Of a stretch of DNA of 64,000 bases, positions 39,250-50,699 are shown piece after piece. Positions within the stretch are counted from its first letter, which is position 1; every line of letters begins with the position of its first letter. The stretch is taken from positions 122,282,816 through 122,346,815 of the forward strand of contig NC_068982.1 of the NCBI RefSeq assembly GCF_001194135.2, read 5' to 3'. Both the position numbers and the translations under genes were made by a program. Source of the stretch: Octopus bimaculoides (taxonomy: Eukaryota). The notes under the pieces are model-generated. The model worked only from the letters and a program-made list of their open reading frames with translations. It searched no databases and was not told the DNA's origin.

Positions 39250-40060
39250 ACACAGACTCCCACACACTTCCCACTTTCAACTGTCTCTCTCCTCCACCAA
39301 CATACCTGCATACTGCCTACTTCCATACCCTCACCACACACACACACACACACCACAATACAAACACCCATACACACTGTTAAACTCATTACTCAATCCA
39401 CATACACTTTTCATTAGTGTTACCACACATACCACAATACAAACACCTCTACACACTGTTCACCTCAGTACACACACCACACACCATCATGCACACTGTC
39501 ACACCTACACAAGCACATGACTGAACACAGACAATATATATACACACATGCATAAACACATGCAACACGCAAAGACACAGATAACTTTCACTCACAAACA
39601 TACATTATACACGTGCACACTATATGGTCACAGACACACACACATACACATGTGCACACATCACCTGCACAAGCACACATCAACTGCTAAACACAAGCAT
39701 TTGTACAAGAACCCACGTGTGCACACACACACACACACATTAGCCTCACACAAATACACAAAATGCACATCACTCTACACAACACATACACAAGGTTACT
39801 TGTACACATATAAACACACCCAGGCCAATGAATTTGCACACACAATATTTGCACACATATATACACGTCCATATGCACACACACATACATACCAGTACAT
39901 GTAACACTTATCACTCCACATAATGTATGCACTAGGTCATTTACACACATACACTCACACAGGTCCACATATTTTTCAGCTTGCCCACACATACATACTC
40001 ACATACTCACCCCTATTCATATACACTCACACATAACATTCTCACATACACACAGATGTA
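39250..40060. repeat. Degenerate CA-rich low-complexity tract
   Basis: Direct read; yields spurious H/T and C/V ORFs. Confidence 0.9.
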
Positions 40061-40189
40061 CAAGAGCAAATATGTTTGGCTGGATCAGTGTTATTATCTC
40101 CTTACCATTCAGCCTCTTTCTTCTGGTTATTTCATCATGTTCAACCATTATTCCCTACACCTACTTTCCTTAGTGATCACCACATTACA

Positions 40190-40690
40190 GTATGTAGTAC
40201 CCTGTCAAAGACCTTTTTCAAGTGAGCAAAGGTCAAGTATAGTGGGTTACTCTTAGCCAAGTATTTCTCTTGAAGTTGTCTCTCTAAGAAGACTGAATCT
40301 CTAGTACCTCTTCCAGGCATGAAACTAATCTGCATTTCATTTAAGCTAACCGTTTTTGATCAATTGTTCTTGGATTCTTCTGGTCCAACAATTTGATGCC
40401 GCTGTAACATCTTTTCTCTAAAGTATCTCTTTTGCCTTTGTAGCAGTTGACAATGATATTGCTACACCAGTCAGTGGGTATGACACTTTCCTGTATTACT
40501 CAACTATTTCGATGGCCATTATCTATCCTTCTTCATCAGATATTTTGAGTATCTTAGAAACCATCCCTGATGGACGAGCAGTTTTCCCTATATTCATGTC
40601 CTTAATATATGTAAGATGCTTAAAAGTATAGCAAATTGGAAAGTTTCTGGGTCAATGGCATTCAGGGATTCTCCAAGCAAGCACAAGTAT
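40190..40690 (-). mobile_element. RTE LINE RT N-terminal fragment
   Basis: EMQISFMPGRGTRDSVFLERQLQEKYLAK..LKKVFDRV. Confidence 0.85.
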
Positions 40691-42113
40691 ACAGAACCTT
40701 TTTTATTGACTGCACAGAAAATTGAAGGCCAACATTATTGATGAATGAAAAGACGGTTTCAATGCAGAAGGATAAAGAAAATAGAGAAGTCAGTAGTTAA
40801 AGACCTATTATATGTTTACTCTGAAAATTGCTAATTGGTCTCGTAACAAATGAATTGTATAGTTTTGTGGAGATAAGGAAACTGATACCAGAAGAGCAAA
40901 AATAATGAAAGAAACAAAACAAAACAAAACAAAACTAACAAAAAGAACAGTTGATCGCTTGTATTTCAATAGAATTATAGCAAACGAAATGCAGATAAGA
41001 ACTTAGCTGTTGGTTGGATAGATTATGAGAAAACATACAATAATGTTGGCTTTTGTTGGAGAGCCTGAGGACTCTTGGAGTTGTAGTAAAGCCTAGAATC
41101 AAAACCTTAAAGCTTTAGTAACTCACGTAAAAAGACAACGTAGTACCAATGCAAGCAAGCACAGTCAGAGAGGCAGAAAGGTGGCCGAGAATGCTAGGTG
41201 TGCAGCATGCACTTGTGTGCAGATGCAGACATCAAGCCCTTCAAGAAGACAATGGTTGCAGATCAATTCAGGTTAAACGAATCATTGACTATAAAGAACA
41301 GAGTATTTTCCGTGCCTCTCATGCAAAGCATTTTCCTCCCTGTTATTAATGTAACTACAAACTACTCTACTTCTGGCACAACACACTACTTGCAAGCTAT
41401 GTAAATATTGTGATATACTTCTGTAAAAATAAATGTTAATTGAACAATGTTAGAAGTTGGCTTCAATATGGAACAGTATGCAACCTAAATATTATACCAA
41501 TACATCAAGACCTATTTACTTCACACTCCACAGAGTCAATGAAAAAAACCGATAATATAACTTGAACGTCTTTTCATATTTTGTTGTATACATATTAACA
41601 AGATTAGCAAATAAGTTTTCCATATAATTTTTCTAAATTTCCAAGTGCGTAAAATTTGTTCACATTAATCATTTGATATTTCGGAAATCACGAAGTGGTA
41701 GTTTGATCTGCAAGAGATAGTAGTCAAATCTCCTTCCTCTCCCGTCACACTTTGCTGCCTTAAAGCAGCAAAAGTCTTCGGATAACGTATACAGTATTTC
41801 TTGATCGGATGGGAGACAGAACGGTCACAGCTAGATTGTCTTTTTGTAGTTTTTGAACAAACAAATGCAACTTGTATCCCCCACTCAGTCAAATGTTATC
41901 TGTACAAAGCTTCTTTTCTGAGGTTGCTCGACCCGCTAAAAACATGACATAGTATAGTAATCTTTGATCCTTACATTCCAAACAAACAACGAACTTCTAT
42001 GACATAATACTTACATAGGTATCTGTAATTTAGATGTAACCAAATAGAATCTCTATCGCAAAAAGCATACGCGACAATATCATTGCATTTGTATTTCAAC
42101 TGTGGCTGGTAAT

Positions 42114-42127
42114 GCTACTATGACAAC
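42114..42127. promoter_or_regulatory. RFX X-box-like motif GCTACTATGACAAC
   Basis: Near match to the X-box; lies about 100 bp upstream of a perfect minus-strand donor (CCTAT|GTAAGTA at 42015). Confidence 0.35.
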
Positions 42128-42605
42128 GGTGTCGAACAAAATATAGTTCAGCTTTCGATTTTATCCGAATGTTAAAACAATTTTATTTAATAATACATAA
42201 CCTTTAATAAAGCGAATGGAAATTATTTCTGTAAAATAAACTCCAGAGAACGTTCCCACATAAAAGAAATGTGTTAAGTGTGCAATAATTATTGCCTGGT
42301 GAGCAGCATGAGTACACATCATATTTGTTAGCATTTATTTATTTATTTATTCATTTACTCACCCATTCACTCATTCTTTCAAATGAGTCGGTCGCTGCAC
42401 TGCATACAAGACAAAAAATTGCGCTATTTCATATTGGTCTCTTTCACTTCTGATTTATTGAACGCAAAGAGACACCTTCACACATATACTGATTGATATA
42501 CTGTATTGTGAAATATTTAAATATTACCAGAATGATTTACAAAAGTAAATGAGCAATCAGATTCTTAAATACTGTAAATTCTGTTGAATTATAGTTTTTC
42601 TCCAA

Positions 42606-42842
42606 ACTGTGACATTTGAACCGTTTGAAGAAGCCCGGCCGATGACAACGAAAGTTTTGACATTGTTGACATCACGTCTCCGAACTGTGGTATTTGAGCT
42701 GTTTGAAGAAACCCAGCAGCTGACAACGAAAATGTTTACATCATTGGCATCACGTTTCAACGTAGATGATGCTCACGAGGATGCTTGGCTGTTTCAGCGC
42801 ATCAACCTCGCGATCATCCATTGTAATGCCGCGAGGGTTTGA
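42606..42842 (+). mobile_element. Probable CRE-clade non-LTR retrotransposon C-terminus (restriction-like endonuclease tail) with internal 78-bp duplication
   Basis: FEPFE...WLFQRINLAIIHCNAARV resembles the FEP.A.ET....LFQRIS.AI.RGNAA.V end of RLE-type elements. Confidence 0.5.
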
Positions 42843-44199
42843 GATTACATAAAATGTTTTTGAAGATGAAAATACCAGTATTCTTTGTTGTAGTGTCTAA
42901 TTGAGGGACTGTGTATGTTTTTCCTTTTTTTTTTTATTCATTTGTTGGTATTTACGATTTACTTTTGTAAATTTTCTTATCTTAGGTCTTGGTTCAGCAT
43001 TTACATGATTTTTTTCTGGTTGCACTGCTACGGGAGCTTCTATGCTGTCTTCAGACTTTCTAGAAATAAGTCACTTTTCTTTAAATCACAGCCCAACAGG
43101 TTTAAAAAAACGAAACATTAAATAAGGAAGTCTTAGATATAGTTAGGTTGAGAACAACATGGACAATCATGACTGGAAATCCCTTTACAATAAGGTCTGC
43201 TCAGTCAAGTCTGAGCTGAAGTTAAACAACGAGAATTCAACAGCGCTTCAATTATTTTTAAGTATAGCAACGTTTATGTGAACGCATGTTTTCATTCGAT
43301 TTAAACCTTCTTTGTTTAATAATGTTTTTAAATAGTCATGAGATATCACGAGTGAAGGCTGCGATAGGGTGTAGTCGATTAAATCGATATCAATCTCTTA
43401 ACGATACCCATACTTTGTTTTGTCAACTCCCAGAATGGTATGCAATAGAGGATGGTTTAATTGGCTGCTATTTTTACCGGTTTTATATGCCAATGAGAGA
43501 ACGACATTGTAGTAGCAATTTTGATTTTATAAAGCAAAATTGAAAAAAAAAATGTCCTTTTTCATTTTTGCATTGCCCAGATAGACCATAACTGGAGCAA
43601 CTGACAATTCGCTTTTTTTGTTTTTTCCTTCGTAAGCGCCACTATTGAATAACCTTTTCTTTGCATGAAAATCATTTTAGATAGTTTCCAATAACGATAC
43701 ACGTTTAAACTGAACGATAAATCACTTCACTGTATATCCATTAGTTTCCAATAACACACATTATTTTCTTTTCTGTTTAGCCCAGTAACATTATCCACTG
43801 TTACTACTACATGTGATACTCAAGAAGAACTTCAATTTAAGAACTTATATAACGTTATTTCTTCAACACAGAATTACGCATTTACAGGCATGAAACATTT
43901 TCTACTTTTAAAAAAGTAATTTGAAATTTGCTTTTTTCCTTATGCATTGCTATCTAATTCAGATCTGTACTTCACTTCATTTTAGAAGAACATCTTTTAT
44001 GGAACTATTTTGAATTATAGAACCACTATGCAGGGACTGGTACTATTGTATTCCCCGACACCCAGTCAAGCAGAATGTTATTGTTTCTTTCTCTTTGACT
44101 TTCTATCATTATTCTCTTCCTTTTTTTTCTGTTTTTGTTGTATGAGATGGCAAAATAATTAATTACACCTCGCTTATATATATTTGCAAAAAAAAAATT

Positions 44200-44740
44200 T
44201 CTTTATTTATTTAATTATTTATAGGATCATTGAACAATATACCAACTTGAAATGTCAATGAAAGCCTCATCACAGATTTTCCCCCTTAATTGTTGCCACA
44301 TGAATTCGTCTAAATGAGACAGTAGCATCTCTTATGAAGTTCTGTTGATGTGTTTCAATCGTTGTTTTATTTCTTTCCAAAATGTTCAACATGATTTGTA
44401 CATACTCCATTCATGTGATTCAAAAAATTCTCGCGATGATTAACTGTCAAATGGTGAAATGGTGGTATCACAGGGATTGCATTTATTCCGTTGTAAGCAC
44501 TAACAGTCCGTATAGATTTCTGTTCCAAGAAGAACATTTTTCCTAAATCAAAGATAGCAATGATGATGCCGACCTATCTGGAACAAAACAAATAAATCCA
44601 AGGCCTGTTGTTGTGTCCTTCCCTCCAAGTAACCATTTTTGGGGAATCACACGCCCGATATGGTATTTTCTTCTTGAAACGACATTCTAATCTCTAATTC
44701 AATTACATGTCCAACACCACCAATCTGATAGGGACTGTTC
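44200..44740 (-). mobile_element. Merlin (ISXO2/IS1595-like) transposase remnant
   Basis: IGGVGHVIE, NVLLGTEIYTDC, LTVNH..NF, HLDEFMWQQ in order, frameshifted. Confidence 0.75.
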
Positions 44741-45189
44741 ACTAAGTAGTGAACAATTGCACAAGCCTTTGAGAATGTTTAAAAATTCGTTTAGGAGCAT
44801 AATGAAAAAATGGGGAAATTGATTGTATTACTTCATATATATATTTGGATTAACTCTGGTGCCCTAAGTTTTGTGAGAGTCCTTAATTTCAAGCGACTTA
44901 TTGGTAATTAATTTAGCAGCCAGTTGTAGTTGATAAAAAACTAAGGAACAGTAACAACAAAAAGAGAAAGAAAAAAGGAAGGGATTAATGATAGAAAGTG
45001 AAACAAAGAAACACTAACAATCAATAACATTCTGTTTGACTGGAATACCACAGTATTACAGGGACTATGGGAGATGAGTGGTGAGAGTACATTGTACAGA
45101 GGTCTAAGAATTTCCTGAGATTATATTTGCACACACGGAAGTCTAGCATTCACACAAGAGAAGGTGGGGGCGAAAGAAACCTTGTAATC

Positions 45190-45625
45190 TTTTCTACTCT
45201 AGGCTCAAAGCCCGAAATTTTTGGAGGACGGGGCCAGTCGATTAGATCGACCCCAGTACGCAACTGGTACTTAATTTATCGACCCCCGAAAGGAGGAAAG
45301 ACAAAATCGACATCGGCGGAATTTGAACTCAGAACGTAAAAGACAGACGAAATACTGCTAAGCATTTCGCCCGGCGTGCTAACGTTTTCTTATTTCTTTA
45401 TTGCCCACAAGGGGCTAAAAATAGAAGGATAAACAAGGACAGACAAAGGGATTGAGTCGATTGCATCGACCCCAGTGCGTAACTGGTACTTAGGTTATCG
45501 ACCCCGAAAGGATAAAAGGCGAAGTCGACCTCGGCGGAATTTGAACTCAGAACATAACGTCAGACGAAATACCGCTAAGCATTTCGCCCGGCGTGCTAAC
45601 GTTTCTACCAGCTCGCCGCTTTTAA
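45190..45625 (-). mobile_element. Two abutting young SINEs with the same head and core but different tails
   Basis: Both carry TTCTGAGTTCAAATTCCGCCGA...CCTTTCGGGGTCGATAA..AAGTACCAGTT; tails diverge after GGGGTCGAT..AATCGAC. Confidence 0.88.
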
Positions 45626-45912
45626 ACTTCGTAGTCTCTGATGAAATTCTTGTTACAGGCCATGCCATGAGGGCGGAAAGAAAAAGTATTTACAGAAAAG
45701 AAAAAGTATTGTAATTAATTTAGAGTTATTTCTGCGCATCCATATTTTTTACAAGTGTATGACTGAAGTAGAACTTTTTTAATAAAATATTTCCACAACT
45801 AGATTTGTATATTTTTATGTAGCATTTTTAATGAATACGAAACTTTTATTTAAATAATTTCCTCTTTTATAACACTTTAAACCTTCAATTCTGAAAGAAT
45901 AGTCAGCTCTTT

Positions 45913-45926
45913 GTTGCTATGACAAC
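45913..45926. promoter_or_regulatory. RFX X-box GTTGCTATGACAAC
   Basis: Fits the palindromic X-box consensus GTYNCYATRGYAAC with one mismatch (A for G at position 10). Confidence 0.45.
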
Positions 45927-47129
45927 GGTGTCAGACAAAACATACCTCCAAATCTATCAAAACTGCCATAAAATTAAATAGAGTTGCTTCTCTCTGCTAC
46001 TTCAGCGATCTAAATTTCATCCAACTTAATAATTTCACTGAGAGGTCATTAAAAAAAAAAGAAGTAAATAAACAAAAATGTATTTTTAAATATGTCCCCA
46101 ACATTTTGAACAAATTTCCAGTCGAAGGAAACCCTGAATTTATGTATTTGGCAATGCTTGATGTGCGTGAAATTGGAGATTGATGAAAGTTGGCTGTTTC
46201 GTAAACATTAATTTGGTAAAAAAAAATTATTTCGTTTTGTAAGTAAAAGAACATGCGATTCTTTTCTTTTTCAGAATTTGATTATATGCATTATATTGAG
46301 AATGTTTTCTTGTTAGTAAGTGATTCCCCATTTCTATAAAAAAAAAAACAAAAAAAAAACAATGACAGTTTTCCTACCAACCAAGTAACAAAAAAAGAAA
46401 AAAAGAATAATTAGATTTCAGATCTCATTGGTAAAATAAATAAATTGCTTTTCGTTCATTCCAAACACATACGCATCGTGTTATATTTAGTCTCAGTCGA
46501 AATTAGCTTGACGCACGCGCGCACAGTCATGCCAACACAAGTGTGCAACCTTCGACTTCATTTACTTATAACTTTCAGAAAAATTGATATTTATTAATGA
46601 AATTTTCTCAGAATGTCTCTCAGATGGCATAAATTACAATTATATGTATGTGGGCGCGCACACATACATACTGTTTTTTTTCCAAAATTTCAGGTTTCGT
46701 TATGTTGGTATTTATGTGATGTTGGTCAATATATATATGTGTGTGCGCCTACCAATTTTTGGCGGAGGTAAAGAATACGCACACCACCCGTTTTGGGCGT
46801 AACAAAGACTCTAACTCTAACCCTAAACATCGGGTGTGCGCATTCTTTACTTATCTGAAAGATATTCGAAGGACATTTCATTACCTGTTTTTCTGAAAGT
46901 TATGAGGAAACAAAGTCGGAGGCATACTTGTGTAGGTATGCTAATATATGTGTGTGTGTGTTAATATCTATAAAATGCAATACAATATTTTAGACCCATT
47001 TCGGTCGGTTCAACCAATCCAGTTAGGGAAAATCCCTATCCCGCCACTCATTACACACACACAACAGGCTTCTCTTGCAATATTATTTATTCACGTAGTT
47101 TTACATGTTTACACTTTTATTGCCTTCAG

Positions 47130-47892
47130 GTATTCTCCATTTGAAGCAATGCATCGGTCCAGACGTATTTCCCACTGTTCAAAGCAGTGCTGGAACTCTT
47201 GCGAAGTGATGCTTTTTAATGCCTCTGTCATTTTTTCTTCACCTCTTCCACAACTTCAAATTCCAGCTTTCGTCACCAGTGATGACTTTCGAAAAGAGGT
47301 CCGGATCAACTTCCAATTGTTCTTTTAGTTCACGACACGCATTCAGCCGTGACTGCTTTTGATCTTCCGTGAGCAAGCGAGGCACAAATTTTGCTGCAAC
47401 TCTTTTCATTCGCAATTCCTCGCACAAAATTCGTTGGCAGGAACTCCAGGGCACACCAGTCACATCAACAAGTTCATCAGTTGTTAGGCGACGGTCCTCC
47501 AAGATCAGTTTATTAATTTTCATTCGTTCGGGAGGTGGACGCTCGTCCTGATGGAGGTTGGTCTTTAAGCGACAAGTGACCATTGCTAAAGTCTGGAAAC
47601 TACTCGTTAACTTGTATTTTGCTGATGGCAGCGTCCTTGTAAGCTGTTTAAAGCATGACAACTGTTTCGGCCACTGTTTTCCGCAGCAGAAAACGGAAGC
47701 ACGTTGTTCCTTCGTTTCAGCCGTCACAAAATTCGACGAACAAGGGAGAAGCACCACGTTGCAGTATGATCCTAGTGGACAACACCAGTCGGCAAACTGT
47801 TGCCTGAGGGTCGCATCAAGCGACGGAAGCCTGAACTACAATGGGCTTGTCCAAAAGAGAACGCTTCCGGTTACTTTTGGGCACCCCCTTCG
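47130..47892 (-). mobile_element. Mariner transposon, internally deleted
   Basis: 5' TIR CGAAGGGGGTGCCCAAAAGTAACCGGAA (47865-47892); KRVAAKFVPRLLT...VITGDESW joined to ITSQEFQHCFEQW..RLDRCIASNGEY. Confidence 0.92.
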
Positions 47893-50699
47893 TGTGTGTC
47901 TGCGTGTATATGTGTGTGTGGTGCGTAAAATAACACAGATGGGCTGAAGTTTACTACGGCTGTTTTAGTCGTGTTTTTTTATTGATGACCAAATTACTTA
48001 CATCAAAATGTTTTATTGATGACCAAATCAATTACATCATGTAAAAAAAAACCGTTTTCTTCAGGTGAATTAAGAGTAAAACTTACATTTAAGATTTTTC
48101 ACAGAAATTATATATATTGCATATTGACCCTCACATCTCGGCAATATTAATCTCTTTCCCTTTCTAAGTGTATCGTTCACGTAACATCTATAAATTCTAT
48201 AAATTACACACACACACAAACATACACAGACTTTCATTATTTGTTTCGTGTTGGTAAGTTTTTCCATGCTTGTCCTTCTTGGCTTTGACTTGTATGTATG
48301 TATCACACACACATAGACGAGTATCGCACGCATGAACACACTAACACGCACGCGCACGCACATATACGAGGGAAACACAAAGAGCGAGAGCTGAGATCCA
48401 GTGGTTTTGTAGTTCCTTCGTGATGGGCTTCGTTTTCTCTTAAATGATTCCACTCTAATTTGTATGACTTTCTTCTTGTGCCAGTGTCACCCTTCAATCT
48501 TACAATTCCCGTGTTACTTTTCACTGTTCAACATCTTTTCCACTTCTAAAGAGACCTTTGCTCGTCATCGGGATATGGACTTCTCCCTCATCTGGGTACT
48601 CTAAATATTTTGCAACAAACTTAAGGGCTTCAAGTTTTGGCAGTCTTACTTGATACTGAAGTTCGTTCTATTTACCATTATACTCTTTCTCATCTTATTT
48701 TCACTCCTCCCAATTGTGGGTCCTTGTGTCGAAATAGATTTTATCTAGTAGTTTAGTAATAGATTTTATCTAGTAGTTCGTTCTAACTGTCGTTCTTCTG
48801 TTTCGTTTTGGTGTTTCATGCCACATTTCTGATAGTTCGTATCTCATAAATCATTCACTTGGTTACAAGAATGTCAACATGACTGGAATCGTAAATCTAC
48901 CGAATAAAATATGTGGAAGATAGGCATTCTTATTACGTTTTCACGTAATATTTTCAGTGTTTCCTTTCTTTCTCTAGTTTTCCAGATATTTCAAGTTGGC
49001 CAACAGATCCACTTGAGAGGATAACATTGAAGTTTAATCCCAAATGAAAATGCTATTTAAAAGAAACTGAAAAAATATTTGATTTATTTGAATTCAAATA
49101 TCATATTTTTTATTTAAAAACAACACAATTTCAAAAGCAAACAGTTAAAAATGGCAAAAGAAAAATGGAATACAAAAAAAAAAAAGTGGAATGCATATTC
49201 TGCATCTGAGTTCGCCGGTGTTTCTTACTAAACATTGCTGAGACAGCCCAAACACTCATGCATCGGAACGGCCAAGCACCTTCACGATCATTATCTGATA
49301 TTGCGATGAGGCGGTAGTTAAAAACTTCCACGTCACTACCCGGCTGCCCAGGCGTTTCAACTTTAACACATTTCTCTGTTCTATTTCTTCTCTCCTCAGT
49401 TTTGATTGAAGAAAACTTTTCAAAGTTGACTTCTGAATAAAAAGAAGTGACAAAAAAGGAAAAAGATAAAGGAATCTCAAAGTCCATTCTTAATTATACA
49501 AGGATAAAGACAGAGAAGAAAATCGGGTGAGATGGATAGGGCAGGTCGTTTCTTTTAGGGCTCCGCTCAAACTGTATTAATTCATCTCTATTCACGGTAC
49601 ACTAAGTTCTTATTTTAAGAAACTTGTTTATTTTTGCTAACGTTTCTTCAGTTTCTAATTTGACAGATCAATAAACTTTGTCAAGTGAAATAAGTACGTA
49701 TGCCTTAAAAAAGATGTTTCTTTTAGGGTCTTTGTCGGAATAAAGATTACAATTGTCTTTTTCAGTTTCTTTTATCGAAGGGAAGTAATTATCATAAAAA
49801 CTTTGCAAGAGAAGTAACTATTATAAAGGCTTTGTCAAGGGGAGGTAAATATTAAGAAGACTAAGTAAACCTAAATCATTAAAATTAAGTGTTAGTCTAA
49901 TATAAAATGTAAGGTTGCAGAGATTTTCCTCGTCCACTTTTATTAACAAAAAAAAAAAAAAAGGATATACAATAAATACATATATTTTATTACACATGAA
50001 TTTATTTTTCATTGGATGAAATACTAAAAATTAAGATACCGATTATTGTAGATTATCTATTGTGCAATAACTTCTTTTTCTCTCCGAGACAAATCCCAAT
50101 CGTGAACTATAACTCTCTGCTGTTCAGGTGACAACCATATGCTAATTAATACTTCACTTTGAAAGATGGAATCTTCCCATATGCACACATTTCCCTGCTG
50201 TTCTCATTTACCTGAATACCAGCAACAAAACTTCCCACAAACTCCTCCTCCTCGGTCCATGTCTGTTTTGGCATGGTTTCTACGGCTGCATGCCCCTCCT
50301 AACATCAGCCATTTTATAGAGTGTACTGAGTGCCTTTACGTAACACCAGCATCGGTGCTTTTACATGGCACCGGCATGGATGCTTTTCACGTGACACCAA
50401 CACCTATGAGCCCGCAAGATTAGGAATGTCCAACTAAAGAGGGATACAGGAGGCATACCTATATGCAAGGACGACCACGTATTTACTTAGCTTGACGTGT
50501 CTTCTGGAGCACAGCAAACCGCCAGAAGTCTCGATCCCCTGTCATATCCTCTGTGAGCTTCAACATCTGAAGATCCTTTCTCACCACTTCGTCCCACGTC
50601 CTTCCACAGGTTCCTTCCACAATTAGAGCTTGGCACTTCTTTATGTAACTGTCTTCATTCATATGCAACTGTCTACCGCTCTCCAAACTCCTCTAACTA

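Noticed and set aside
39064-40256. His/Thr- and Cys/Val-rich ORFs
   Set aside because: Degenerate (CA)n/(TG)n low-complexity DNA; no splice or codon signal.
48733-48779. 2 x 21-bp direct repeat AATAGATTTTATCTAGTAGTT
   Set aside because: Simple local slippage duplication.
49131-49487. 118-aa minus-strand ORF
   Set aside because: Begins and ends in T-rich low-complexity sequence and has no recognisable domain; better explained as promoter/UTR.
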